This document shows positions 37,752-47,420 of a stretch of DNA of 64,000 nt, piece by piece (position 1 is the first letter of the stretch; every line of letters starts with the position of its first letter). A model generated the notes under the pieces. The model saw nothing but the letters and a program-made list of their open reading frames with translations, did no database searches and was not told the origin of the DNA. Source of the stretch: an uncultured Gammaproteobacteria bacterium (GTDB lineage: Bacteria > Pseudomonadota > Gammaproteobacteria > Xanthomonadales > SZUA-36). The stretch spans positions 3,505 through 67,504 of the forward strand of contig CAVWXL010000020.1 in NCBI GenBank assembly GCA_963759035.1, in the 5' to 3' direction. Both the position numbers and the translations under genes were made by a program.

Positions 37752-38507
37752 CTACCAGATACCGCCGAGGGCAACCGTTATCGACTCACCGTTGACCCCG
37801 CTGGATTCTTCGGAGGCCAGGAATGCGATCACTTCGGCAACTTCGATCGGTGTAACCACCCGTCCTGCCGGATAGATCGCTGCCCGCTCGCTCCACACTT
37901 CCTCTGCGGTCATGCCGCGTTCTTTCGCCTCGGCCCTGGCGGAGTTCTCGGCCATCTCGGTGCGCACCCAACCCGGCAGAACGGCATTGGAAGTGATCCC
38001 GTGCGCGCCGCCGTCCTGTGCCACCGAGCGCATCAGCCCCAGCAGCCCGGCCTTGGAACTGTTGTAGGCGGAACCGGCTAGCTCAGCCACCTGCGCGGCC
38101 GTTGAGCTGGTGTAAACAACGCGCCCGTAACCCTGTTCGACCATTCCCGCGGTAATCAGCCTGGAAAGATGGAACGGCCCATCCAGGTTTATTCTGATGG
38201 TCTGCTCCCACAGCGCCGGGTCCTGCTCCCAGATCACCCGCTCATGGGCCGAACCAATACCGTGGTTACAGACGAAAATTTCTACCGGCCCGAGCCGTTT
38301 GCTGGTTTGCTCGACCGCATGTGAACACCCCTGGGCAGTCCCCAGGTCGGCCACCGTGTAGTCGAGCCCGAGGCCGGCCAGTTCCCCCTCGTTACGGGCC
38401 ACCGCCATCACGCGCGCACCCCTTGCAGCCAGCAACTTTGCAGTCACCCGGCCAATACCCCGCCCGGCACCGGTGACCAGTGCAACTCTTCCTTCAACTC
38501 CCGCCAT
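37752..38507 (-). CDS. SDR-family oxidoreductase (FabG-like)
   Basis: VALVTGAGRGIGR, NHGI and YNSSK catalytic motifs. 251 aa. Confidence 0.85.
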   Translation of the reverse strand: MAGVEGRVALVTGAGRGIGRVTAKLLAARGARVMAVARNEGELAGLGLDYTVADLGTAQGCSHAVEQTSKRLGPVEIFVCNHGIGSAHERVIWEQDPALWEQTIRINLDGPFHLSRLITAGMVEQGYGRVVYTSSTAAQVAELAGSAYNSSKAGLLGLMRSVAQDGGAHGITSNAVLPGWVRTEMAENSARAEAKERGMTAEEVWSERAAIYPAGRVVTPIEVAEVIAFLASEESSGVNGESITVALGGIW

Positions 38508-38537
38508 CTCGTACTCCCCGCCATTTGAATGAATGGC

Positions 38538-39473
38538 TCAATAACCGCGTTCGAAATCAATCGGGTATTCAAGCGCCTCACCGGCGCAGTAACGACGATA
38601 ATTTTTCCTGAAAATGGCAGCAATGTCGCGCGGCCGGCTGCGCGCGGCCACATGCCCGGTCACGATCAAGCCGGGTGCGCTCCACAGCGGGCTTTCCGGA
38701 GGCAGCGGTTCGCTGTGAAAGACATCCAGCACCGCACCGGCAATCTCAGCGGTAAAAAGCGCGCGCACCAGCACCTGCTCGTCGAGGATCGTACCGCGCC
38801 CCACATTGACCAGCAGACAGTTCGGCTTCATCGCACGAAAGGCGCTCGCATCGAGTATCCCGCGGGTATCCGGCGTGTCGGGCAGGACACATACCAGGTA
38901 ATCCGGCTCTGCCAGGAACTCTGCCAGCTGATCAGCGGCGTAGACCCTGTCGAACCCGGCTACCGGCCGCCCCGTGCGGCTGTACCCCGTGACCGACAGG
39001 CCAAACGGCCTGGCCAACGAGGCAATATATGACCCTATGGAACCGGTGCCCATAATGCCCAGGTTTTTGCCCTGCAAACTCCCCGACGGCTGATCCCACC
39101 AGCTACGGTTGGCCTGGCGTCCAAGCCGCTCAAGCATTTTAATCTCATGGGCCAGCAGGTATCCCAGCACATACTCTGCCATCTCGGGACCAAAGGTGTT
39201 CTTAACGCCTGTCAGAAGGTAGTTCGAGCGTCCGGAATTCAGCAGGGGGGTGATACCTGCCCAGGTAGACTGAACCCAACAGATATCGGGCATCCCATCG
39301 AGCAGCTGTGCTGCCATATCGGGTTGCGCGAGCATAACCTCCTGCCCCGTATACCGTTTGCGAGCCAGATCAGCGGTTTCAGCCACGGTCAGTTCAACAC
39401 CGGAATCTGCCAGCGGCTGCAGAAAGGGCAGATAATCGCTGGCATCAGCACTCAGAATGAGAATGCCTGTCAT
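38538..39473 (-). CDS. D-isomer-specific 2-hydroxyacid dehydrogenase family protein
   Basis: NAD-binding GIMGTGSIGS, and a catalytic region (LLVNVGRG ... VTGH). Internal ATG at 39473 preferred as the start. Confidence 0.8.
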   Translation of the reverse strand: MTGILILSADASDYLPFLQPLADSGVELTVAETADLARKRYTGQEVMLAQPDMAAQLLDGMPDICWVQSTWAGITPLLNSGRSNYLLTGVKNTFGPEMAEYVLGYLLAHEIKMLERLGRQANRSWWDQPSGSLQGKNLGIMGTGSIGSYIASLARPFGLSVTGYSRTGRPVAGFDRVYAADQLAEFLAEPDYLVCVLPDTPDTRGILDASAFRAMKPNCLLVNVGRGTILDEQVLVRALFTAEIAGAVLDVFHSEPLPPESPLWSAPGLIVTGHVAARSRPRDIAAIFRKNYRRYCAGEALEYPIDFERGY

Positions 39474-39533
39474 AAATTTTCCTCCGACTAGGAGTATCAT
39501 TACACAGCGTGACCGTTGTCGAGTGCAAAAAAA

Positions 39534-40571
39534 ATGAATATTGAGAATACGCAAATTGTCCTGGCCAGCCGGCCGAAGGGTAAACCATCAGCTGAAAACT
39601 ACCGGGTTGAGAAAGGGCCGGTTCCTGAATTGAAGAAAGGCCAGGTGCTGATAAAGATCATCTACCTGTCACTGGACCCCTACATGCGTGGCCGCATGAG
39701 CAAGGAAAAATCCTATGCCGACCCGGTGCCCATCGACGGAGTGATCACCGGTGAAGCGGCCGGCGTGGTCATCAAATCCAGATCAATCCGGTTCAAAGAG
39801 GGTGACTACGTATGCTGCCCTTCAGGTTGGCAATCCTATTTCGTCGGGGACGAAAGCGACCTGATGATCTACCCGGTAGACCCGGCGCTGGTTCCTCTGT
39901 CGGCCTATCTGGGCGTTTGCGGCATGCCGGGCCGAACCGCATACTTTGGTTTGCTGCACGAAGCCAAACCGCGTGCGGCTGAAACCATGGTGGTTTCAGC
40001 GGCCTCAGGCGCCGTTGGCTCGGTCGTCGGCCAGATCGGAAAGATGCTCTCGCTACGGGTGGTCGGGGTCGCCGGCGGCAAGGAAAAATGCGCCTGGGTG
40101 AAAGACGAGCTGGGTTTTGATGAATGCATAGACTACAAGAAAGCCAATCTGGATGAAGCCCTGGCCCGGGCCTGCCCTGATGGCATCGACATTTACTTTG
40201 AATCCGTTGGCGGCGCCCTGTCCGAAGCCGTTGCAAAGCAGCTCAACCCCGGCGCGCGCGTGCCGATCTGCGGCTATATATCCAGCTACAACGCCAGGAA
40301 AGTTGCCGAAACGCGCACACCCTTCCACATTTTCGGGGAACTACCGAACCCACCTTGGCACCAGTTCTTCCTGGTGTTCAACTATGTTGCAGACTATGCA
40401 GAGGCCAACCAGAAGCTGGTCGAATGGGTGGCCAGCGGCAAGCTCAAATACCGCGAAACGATTGTCGAGGGCCTGGAAAAGACACCGGAGTATTTCAACT
40501 GGCTATTCGAAGGGAAAAACTTTGGCAAACTTGTTGTTCAGGTCAACAAGGATAGTGGAATACAGAGTTAG
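39534..40571 (+). CDS. NADP-dependent medium-chain alkenal/one oxidoreductase (CurA/YncB-like)
   Basis: MDR fold with AASGAVGSVVGQIGK nucleotide-binding motif. Collinear with the LTB4-dehydrogenase-like family. Confidence 0.8.
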   Translation: MNIENTQIVLASRPKGKPSAENYRVEKGPVPELKKGQVLIKIIYLSLDPYMRGRMSKEKSYADPVPIDGVITGEAAGVVIKSRSIRFKEGDYVCCPSGWQSYFVGDESDLMIYPVDPALVPLSAYLGVCGMPGRTAYFGLLHEAKPRAAETMVVSAASGAVGSVVGQIGKMLSLRVVGVAGGKEKCAWVKDELGFDECIDYKKANLDEALARACPDGIDIYFESVGGALSEAVAKQLNPGARVPICGYISSYNARKVAETRTPFHIFGELPNPPWHQFFLVFNYVADYAEANQKLVEWVASGKLKYRETIVEGLEKTPEYFNWLFEGKNFGKLVVQVNKDSGIQS

Positions 40572-40580
40572 CCTTAGCCC

Positions 40581-42008
40581 ATGCATATACTGTTTCTGAA
40601 CCCCCAGGGCAATTTCGACGACGAAGACTCCCGGCTGGCTGAACATCCGGACTTTGGTGGCCAACTGGTCTACGTCAAGGAAATTGCGATGGCGATGGTG
40701 GACCAGGGACACAAGGTCGACATCGTGACCCGGCGAATCGTAGATCCGGAGTGGCCCGAATTCGCGGATGCCGTTGATCACTACACCGGCTATGAATCTG
40801 GCTTACGCATCATTCGCATTCCGTGCGGAGGTGATTCGTTTCTGCCGAAAGAGCAACTCTGGGACCACCTGCCGGAATTCATATCGAACACCCTTCTTTT
40901 CTACGGTAACGAATTGCCGGATTTCGTAACTGCACATTATGCAGACGGGGGCTACTGCGCGTTACTTTTGCAGGCACAGACCGGACTGAAATTCACATTC
41001 ACCGGTCATTCCCTCGGAGCACAGAAGCTGGAGAAGCTGGGAGCAGATAGCTCTAACTCGGTAGAAATGGAGGAACGGTTCTGCTTTTCCCGGCGTATAG
41101 ACGCCGAACGCCTGGCCATGAAAAAGGCCTTCTGCATCATCACCTCGACCCGGCAGGAGCGCCTGAAGCAGTATGCCCATCCACTCTATCGCGGGTCGAT
41201 TGATGTGGATGACGATTCCAGGTTCGCGGTGATCCCGCCCGGAGTGAATACGGATCTGTTCACGACAGAACCCTGTAGTGAAGATCAGCAAGTGGAACAG
41301 TGGCTGGATTCAGAACTGCACGATCCGCAAAGCCCTCATCTGCTGATTGCCAGCAGGATCGATGAGAAGAAAAACATCGGGGCCGCAGTCGAGGCGTGGG
41401 CCTCTTCTGAAGACCTGCATACCCGCGCCAACCTGGCATTGTGCGTCCGCGGTATGGACGACCCGTGGACCGAACTCTCCACGCTGACCGAAGAAGAACA
41501 GGATGTACTGCGGCCCATACTGAAAACGATCGAAAACGCCGGGCTGCGGAACAAGGTCGATTTCCTGAACGTGCAATCGCAATCCGAACTCGCAGCGACG
41601 TATCGCTACTTCGCCAATCACGGTTCATTATTCCTGCTTCCCTCTGTCTACGAACCTTTCGGGCTCGCTCCGATTGAGGCGGCCGCATGCGGATTGGCCT
41701 GCGTCGCGACCAGCAACGGAGGCCCATCTGAAATATTTGAAGACGGTGCCGGGATTCTCGTTGATCCGTTTGATGTGCAGGATATTGTGCGCGGAATCAA
41801 ACAAGCACTGGACCGGCAGTCAGAGTTGTCCGAACGGGGCTGCCAGCGCGTGCTGGACAGGTACACCTGGAAAAAAACGGCTACCCGGTACCTCGACGTC
41901 ATCCAGGCGGGAGTGGCGTCCGGACCGGCGGAAAAACAAGCGATACCTGCACTGGATGCAGGCCCAAGAATCCGCGCCTACCTGGATCAGCGATCCGTCA
42001 ACCAGTAA
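40581..42008 (+). CDS. sps: Sucrose-phosphate synthase-like GT4 glucosyltransferase (GT domain only)
   Basis: N-terminus HILFLNPQGNFD...HPDFGGQLVYVKE is typical of SPS/SuSy-type enzymes. Contains a C-terminal EPFGLAPIEA motif. It sits within a sucrose gene cluster. Confidence 0.75.
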   Translation: MHILFLNPQGNFDDEDSRLAEHPDFGGQLVYVKEIAMAMVDQGHKVDIVTRRIVDPEWPEFADAVDHYTGYESGLRIIRIPCGGDSFLPKEQLWDHLPEFISNTLLFYGNELPDFVTAHYADGGYCALLLQAQTGLKFTFTGHSLGAQKLEKLGADSSNSVEMEERFCFSRRIDAERLAMKKAFCIITSTRQERLKQYAHPLYRGSIDVDDDSRFAVIPPGVNTDLFTTEPCSEDQQVEQWLDSELHDPQSPHLLIASRIDEKKNIGAAVEAWASSEDLHTRANLALCVRGMDDPWTELSTLTEEEQDVLRPILKTIENAGLRNKVDFLNVQSQSELAATYRYFANHGSLFLLPSVYEPFGLAPIEAAACGLACVATSNGGPSEIFEDGAGILVDPFDVQDIVRGIKQALDRQSELSERGCQRVLDRYTWKKTATRYLDVIQAGVASGPAEKQAIPALDAGPRIRAYLDQRSVNQ

Positions 42009-43942
42009 AAAGCGAACGGTGGTATCACCAGCTGATCGTTAAACAGGTGAGGTGACTCTCCCGAGCACAGGTCGCGGAGCATGGCATATTCAAACTGGCC
42101 CCGGTTGCCAAGATCGCTGAGTGTCAACGATTGCGGTGCGTCGTCGAAATTGCCGATGACCAGCACGCTCTCTCCGATCCCTAAAGGATCGCTGCGCATA
42201 AACACAAACAGGTGGGGGTTGCCGGTCTCGATCAATTCACGGTTGTTATAGTCAGCGAACGCCGGCAGACTCTTGCGCACACTGATCATTTTCGAAAGAC
42301 CATCGAATATTTTCTGTTCCGGAGTGCCTTGCTGGTGCCTCAACTCGGCTTTTTCCCAGCTGATCACCGGCCGGTGAATCCAGCGCGTATCGTGCGCTTT
42401 TTCTTCATCGTCCATGAAGGAAAAATCGTTGAGCATGCCGATTTCGTCACCGGAGTACAGCAAGGGTATCCCGCCAAATGACATGATCATTCCATGCAAC
42501 AGCAGTATCAGGTCTATTGTTTTTTGAATGGTCAGCGGGTCGCCCATTTCCAGCGCCGATTCCAATCCAGCCAGCGAGGCAAGAGAACCTGCGATGCGCG
42601 CATCACCGGTTTTCTCATTTTGCGCGAAAGGCTGACCCCGCGCGGGTGAGCCCGTATGTACTCCGGTGAAATAATCCACCAGGAACTTGCGATGGGAGCT
42701 GGGTTCATAACCGGCCTGCCTGATATCGGCGTCATCGAATCCCAGGCCGATGTCATCGTGGCAGCGTACATAATTCAACCACGTTGCCCGGTCGAGTTTG
42801 TCCGGCAGGCTGCGTATCCCCTGGTCCAGCAAGCGTGCATTGCGGGTGGCAACGGCGTCCCAGAGCAGCGCCATCAGGGTGGCGTTGTAAGCAATCTCAC
42901 ACTCCTTGGCGATCACCGCGTCCTCACCGAAGTACTTGATGATCTCCACCGGCGCCACAATCGCCTCAGCGATAAACAGCACACCGGGAGCCGTTACCTG
43001 GCAACAGTCTTTCAGCAATTGCAGTATCAGGTGCGCTTCGCGCTCGTTCTGGCTGGTCGTCCCGATCTTCTTCCAGAGAAACGCAACGGCATCCAGTCGC
43101 AGGATGTCAGCGCCCTGGTTTGCCCAGTAGAGCAGAACATCGAGCATTTCGATGAACACTGCCGGGTTTCCATAGTTAAGATCCCACTGGTAGTGGTTGA
43201 ACACGGTCATCACCCACTTCCCCATGGTCTCGTTCCAGGTGAAATTACCCGGCGATGTTTCGGGAAATACTTCCGGCAAGGTTTCCTCAAACATGTCCGG
43301 GATTTCCCGACTCTTGAACGCGTAGAAATAGTCCTGGTATTTTTTCTCGCCGGAGCGCGCACGCTGCGCCCATTCGTGCTGGTCGGAAACGTGATTAACC
43401 ACAACATCCAGTGTCAGCAACATGTCACGGGCGCGCATCCTGCGGCCCAGTTCACGCAATTGGTCAAGGCTGCCGGCGCGGTCATCGACATCGCGGTAGT
43501 CACTCACCGCGTAACCGCCGTCACTGGCGCCCGGCGGGCATTTGAGGATGGGCATTACGTGCAGCAGGTTTACACCAAGCTCCTGCAAATAGGGTAATCG
43601 TTCACCCACACCTTTCAGGTCTCCGGCAAATGCACTGGTATACAGAGCCATTCCTACCCATTCCTGGCTGAGGAACCAGTTGTGGTCATTTTCACGCTTT
43701 ACATCGAGTTTTTTCAGGTCCTTGGCACGCTGGATGTAATTTATAGCCAGCACCTCCACAAGGCGCAGCAGTTGCTCGTCAAAATCATCGCGTTTGCCGT
43801 AGAGCAGGTGGAAAAGCGAGTAAATGGCATAAAAATTCGCGCCCAGACGCGTGTAAAAGTGGCGCAGGTCACGCTTTCGAATTTCCGGCCTGAGCTGATT
43901 CAGGATCCGATTCAACTGGGAGTGTGAAATTTGTTCGTACAT
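41987..43942 (-). CDS. ams: Amylosucrase (GH13_4 sucrose:alpha-1,4-glucan glucosyltransferase)
   Basis: Extended collinearity with Neisseria-type amylosucrase: DLKGV..LPYLQELGVNLLHVMP, SDGGYAVSDYRDV, VVNHVSDQHEWAQRA, FQWDLNYGNP, ILRLDAVAFLWK, AEAIV, YVRCHDDIG. ATG at 43942 preferred as the start. Confidence 0.85.
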   Translation of the reverse strand: MYEQISHSQLNRILNQLRPEIRKRDLRHFYTRLGANFYAIYSLFHLLYGKRDDFDEQLLRLVEVLAINYIQRAKDLKKLDVKRENDHNWFLSQEWVGMALYTSAFAGDLKGVGERLPYLQELGVNLLHVMPILKCPPGASDGGYAVSDYRDVDDRAGSLDQLRELGRRMRARDMLLTLDVVVNHVSDQHEWAQRARSGEKKYQDYFYAFKSREIPDMFEETLPEVFPETSPGNFTWNETMGKWVMTVFNHYQWDLNYGNPAVFIEMLDVLLYWANQGADILRLDAVAFLWKKIGTTSQNEREAHLILQLLKDCCQVTAPGVLFIAEAIVAPVEIIKYFGEDAVIAKECEIAYNATLMALLWDAVATRNARLLDQGIRSLPDKLDRATWLNYVRCHDDIGLGFDDADIRQAGYEPSSHRKFLVDYFTGVHTGSPARGQPFAQNEKTGDARIAGSLASLAGLESALEMGDPLTIQKTIDLILLLHGMIMSFGGIPLLYSGDEIGMLNDFSFMDDEEKAHDTRWIHRPVISWEKAELRHQQGTPEQKIFDGLSKMISVRKSLPAFADYNNRELIETGNPHLFVFMRSDPLGIGESVLVIGNFDDAPQSLTLSDLGNRGQFEYAMLRDLCSGESPHLFNDQLVIPPFAFYWLTDR

Positions 43943-43964
43943 CTTGTTTATCGTTGCCTTTTGC

Positions 43965-44840
43965 TCATAATTGCCAATTACTGATATAGGGCTTGTAGAA
44001 CGCCGGGTCAGAAACGGTCGCACCGCGTTGCCCCACCACAGCCGATGCAAATGCCTGAGCCCTGTCCAGGCTGACCTGTGGACTCCAATCCAATTCCAGG
44101 CCCAGCATGATCACGGAAGTGAACGCATCACCGGCGCCCACGGTGTCAGCCACCCGGATCCCCGATTTCGGCCGCACTTCATGCAGTCCTCCCTCTGAGG
44201 TCATCAGGGTCGCACCGGCAGAACCTCTTGTGAGAACCACGCCACGCAAGCCCTTCGCCTCCAACAAAGCCCTGGCACGGGATACATCGTCAGGCCCGTG
44301 AGGCCATAATTCCTCCAGTTCATGCTGGTTGAGTTTTACCCAGTGGGCCTGGCCCATCCAATGCAGAACCTGTTCCGGCTGCCACCAGGGTGGCCGCAGA
44401 TTAACATCGACAAAGACGGTTGCCGGCACGCTGGACTGTATCTGCTTCAGAGACTCGCGTGAATAACGGTCACGCAAAGCGAGGCTCCCATGGTACAGCA
44501 CCCGGCACTCGGGCAAATGCCGGGGCGTCTCAATCCGGTCATAGGCGACTGGATGGACAATGTCATAGGAGGGCTCTCCTTCGATAAAGCTGACCAGTAC
44601 CTTTCCCGTAGCAAGATCCGAATCTGTCCGCAGACCACGGGTGTCCATTGCCCAACCCTGCATGGCTGATAGAATCTGCCGGCCTTCTTCATCTGCACCC
44701 ACACAGCTGATGAACAAAGGATTCCGTCCAAAGGCCTGCAAATGCCATGCGACGTTAAAAGGCGCCCCGCCGAGTACCGGCCGACCCTCGGGAAAATGGT
44801 CGAACAGTACTTCGCCAAAAACGCATATACGGCTGTCCAT
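43965..44840 (-). CDS. PfkB-family fructokinase
   Basis: N-terminus ICVFGEVLFD...GGAPFNVA and ATP site DTVGAGDAF. Sits immediately upstream of ams on the same strand. Confidence 0.8.
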   Translation of the reverse strand: MDSRICVFGEVLFDHFPEGRPVLGGAPFNVAWHLQAFGRNPLFISCVGADEEGRQILSAMQGWAMDTRGLRTDSDLATGKVLVSFIEGEPSYDIVHPVAYDRIETPRHLPECRVLYHGSLALRDRYSRESLKQIQSSVPATVFVDVNLRPPWWQPEQVLHWMGQAHWVKLNQHELEELWPHGPDDVSRARALLEAKGLRGVVLTRGSAGATLMTSEGGLHEVRPKSGIRVADTVGAGDAFTSVIMLGLELDWSPQVSLDRAQAFASAVVGQRGATVSDPAFYKPYISNWQL

Positions 44841-44963
44841 TTCTGCTCCGCCGGGATCAACTGGAAAGGAGTCCTATCCTAAGGGCTAAGCAGCGAAAAG
44901 GAAAACTGTGAATCCTTGCATTAATACAGATAAAATACACGGCTGACCAAGGGATGCTTTCCG

Positions 44964-46592
44964 ATGACCACAAATTTCAAATCACTAAACTCAGCGATTC
45001 CTTCCGGCGTGATGTTCAACGCATACCCCGACAGCATTGGAAAAACAATGGAAGACATCATGCAGATGCTGGGCAGCCCGGAATTAGAAGATGTCTTTTC
45101 ACTGTTCTACGTCCTGCCGACATTTTTCAACACCGACCTCGACCGCGGCTTCTCTGTCATTGATTACGACCTCAACGATAAACTGGTTATCCCGGAAGAC
45201 CCGGAAAAGGCCGATGAGCTGAACATCCAGTTCAAGTTCGACCTGGTTCTGAACCATCTTTCGGTGGGCTCTCCCCAGTTCCAGGACATGCTCAAAAACG
45301 GCGACAGCTCCCCCTATAAAAATTTCTTTATAGACTGGAACGAGTTCTGGGCGAATGAAGGCGAAATGGGGCCGGACGGCCACATCATTCCCAGGCAGGA
45401 TCACCTTGATTTGCTGTTCATGAGAAAACCGGAACTGCCGATCCTGATGGTTCGTTTTCCGGATGGCAGTGAGCGCCCTTACTGGAATACTTTTTACCAG
45501 GAAATAAGCTATCCGGACGACACAGGGCTTTCGCCGGAAGAACGTGAACAAAGCCGCCAATACCTCGGTCAAATGGATCTGAATGCGCGTTCCGAGGATG
45601 TCTGGGCATTTTATGATGAAACGCTGAAGAAACTTCGTCACTATGGCGCCCGGCTGGTCAGGCTCGATGCCTTTGCCTACCTGCACAAACAGGTTGGAAA
45701 GAGTAACTTTTTCAACAAACCCGGCACCTGGGAATACCTCAACCGGCTGAAGGGCCTGGCCGAAAAACACGACCTGGTGCTGCTGCCCGAAATTCATGCA
45801 GAGTATGGCAGCGGGCTACACGAGGAGGTCGCATCAAACGGTTTTCCGGTCTATGACTTTTTCCTTCCCGGACTCGTCCTAGATGCACTGGACCGTTCGA
45901 CGAACCAACCACTGCTTCGCTGGATTGGCGAATTGATCGACAAAGACATCAAGACCGTCAACATGCTGGGTTGCCATGATGGCATCCCGGTTCTCGATCT
46001 TCGGGGAAAGGCGGTTGATGGTGACTACCGCGAAGGTCTGCTCAGCGATGAGCAGATTGAAGCAGTTATCAAAAATGTCCTGGCGCGCGGCGGCAGAATC
46101 AAGAACCTGTATGGAGCCAATGGCAAGAAGATTGCCTACTACCAGGTCAACGCAACCTACTTCAGCGCATTGGGTGAAGACGAGCAGAAACTTCGTCTGG
46201 CACGCGCCATCCAGATGTTCACTCCAGGCATTCCGCAGGTCTGGTACCTGGATCTCTTTGCCGGCAGCAACGACTACGCTGCTGCTGACAATGGCGGCAC
46301 CGGCGGGCACAAGGAAATCAATCGTACTACGCTCTCACAGGCTGATATCCGGGAGCGGCTGGGCAACTCCGTAGTCCAGGACCAGTTACAGTTGATGAGG
46401 TTGCGCAACACCTCACCCGCATTCGGCGGGCAACTGGAGGCGGTCAACTCCGAACCACACGTCCTGCATCTGGTCTGGCAAAACGGGAACCATCGCGCGT
46501 GTTTGCAGGCTGACTTGCGCGATCATGGCTTTAGCGTATCGACCTCTGATGGCGCCGGAAACGAACTCACGATGAATTTTCCACGGGACTGA
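44964..46592 (+). CDS. GH13_18 sucrose-phosphorylase-family glycoside phosphorylase; acceptor specificity not determinable from sequence
   Basis: VMFNAYPDSIG, FDLVLNHLS, RLDAFAYL, LLPEIH and GCHDGIP are the family's conserved regions. At 542 aa it is longer than the sucrose phosphorylases I recall. Confidence 0.75.
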   Translation: MTTNFKSLNSAIPSGVMFNAYPDSIGKTMEDIMQMLGSPELEDVFSLFYVLPTFFNTDLDRGFSVIDYDLNDKLVIPEDPEKADELNIQFKFDLVLNHLSVGSPQFQDMLKNGDSSPYKNFFIDWNEFWANEGEMGPDGHIIPRQDHLDLLFMRKPELPILMVRFPDGSERPYWNTFYQEISYPDDTGLSPEEREQSRQYLGQMDLNARSEDVWAFYDETLKKLRHYGARLVRLDAFAYLHKQVGKSNFFNKPGTWEYLNRLKGLAEKHDLVLLPEIHAEYGSGLHEEVASNGFPVYDFFLPGLVLDALDRSTNQPLLRWIGELIDKDIKTVNMLGCHDGIPVLDLRGKAVDGDYREGLLSDEQIEAVIKNVLARGGRIKNLYGANGKKIAYYQVNATYFSALGEDEQKLRLARAIQMFTPGIPQVWYLDLFAGSNDYAAADNGGTGGHKEINRTTLSQADIRERLGNSVVQDQLQLMRLRNTSPAFGGQLEAVNSEPHVLHLVWQNGNHRACLQADLRDHGFSVSTSDGAGNELTMNFPRD

Positions 46593-46593
46593 A

Positions 46594-47406
46594 ATGCACA
46601 TACTTGCTACGGATATGGACAGGACCCTTCTGCCAAACGGCAGCTGGGAAAGCGACAAGAACGCCATCGGGCTGTTTAATCAGCTCACCCGGGATTCCGG
46701 CGTACTCGTTGTCTATGTAACGGGCAGGAACCTGAACCTGACGGAAGGCGCTATCCGGGAATATGGCGTCCGTTACCCCGACGTACTGATCGGCGATGTC
46801 GGTACGTCTATTCGCAAATACGAGAACGGCGAGTGGGCGTTCGACGATGGATGGCTTGCCCACGTCAGGCGTGCCAGCCCACGCTGGCATGCGACCGAAA
46901 TAAAGGCTGCAGTGGCCGGCATCGACGGCCTGAAAGAGCAGGAGCCAGAGCACCTCAACCCGTTCAAACAGAGTTACTACGTTGACCATGCACGCAAGGA
47001 AGAAATTCTCAGGGCGGTCGACCAACGGGTCAAAGGCAGGTTCGACGAGGTTATCGTCTATAGTTTTGACTCCCTGGACGGCAAGGGCCTGCTCGACTTT
47101 CTGCCGGAAAGCGCTACGAAACAAACAGCACTGGAATATGTCTGCGAAGAATTTGAATGTAAGCAACAGAATGTCGTTTACTGCGGAGACAGTGGCAACG
47201 ACGTTTTTCCTTTAACAGCAGGATTTTGCGGTGTACTGGTTCGCAACGCAGATGAGCAGTTGGTGGAGGATGTCCGGGCGGCCATGGCCCGCAATGAGGC
47301 TTTGAAAGTCTATTTCGCCAAGGGTGCGTTTATGGGCCTGAATGGTTACTACACCAGCGGCGTGATCGAAGGCGCCTTTTTCTACGGTCTGTTCAAAGAC
47401 AGTTAA
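46594..47406 (+). CDS. HAD-IIB phosphatase, sucrose-phosphate-phosphatase-like
   Basis: DMDRTLL catalytic motif I, VYVTGR motif II, and GDSGND motif IV. Starts 1 nt after the phosphorylase stop. Confidence 0.7.
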   Translation: MHILATDMDRTLLPNGSWESDKNAIGLFNQLTRDSGVLVVYVTGRNLNLTEGAIREYGVRYPDVLIGDVGTSIRKYENGEWAFDDGWLAHVRRASPRWHATEIKAAVAGIDGLKEQEPEHLNPFKQSYYVDHARKEEILRAVDQRVKGRFDEVIVYSFDSLDGKGLLDFLPESATKQTALEYVCEEFECKQQNVVYCGDSGNDVFPLTAGFCGVLVRNADEQLVEDVRAAMARNEALKVYFAKGAFMGLNGYYTSGVIEGAFFYGLFKDS

Positions 47407-47420
47407 GCCGGGAACATCGT

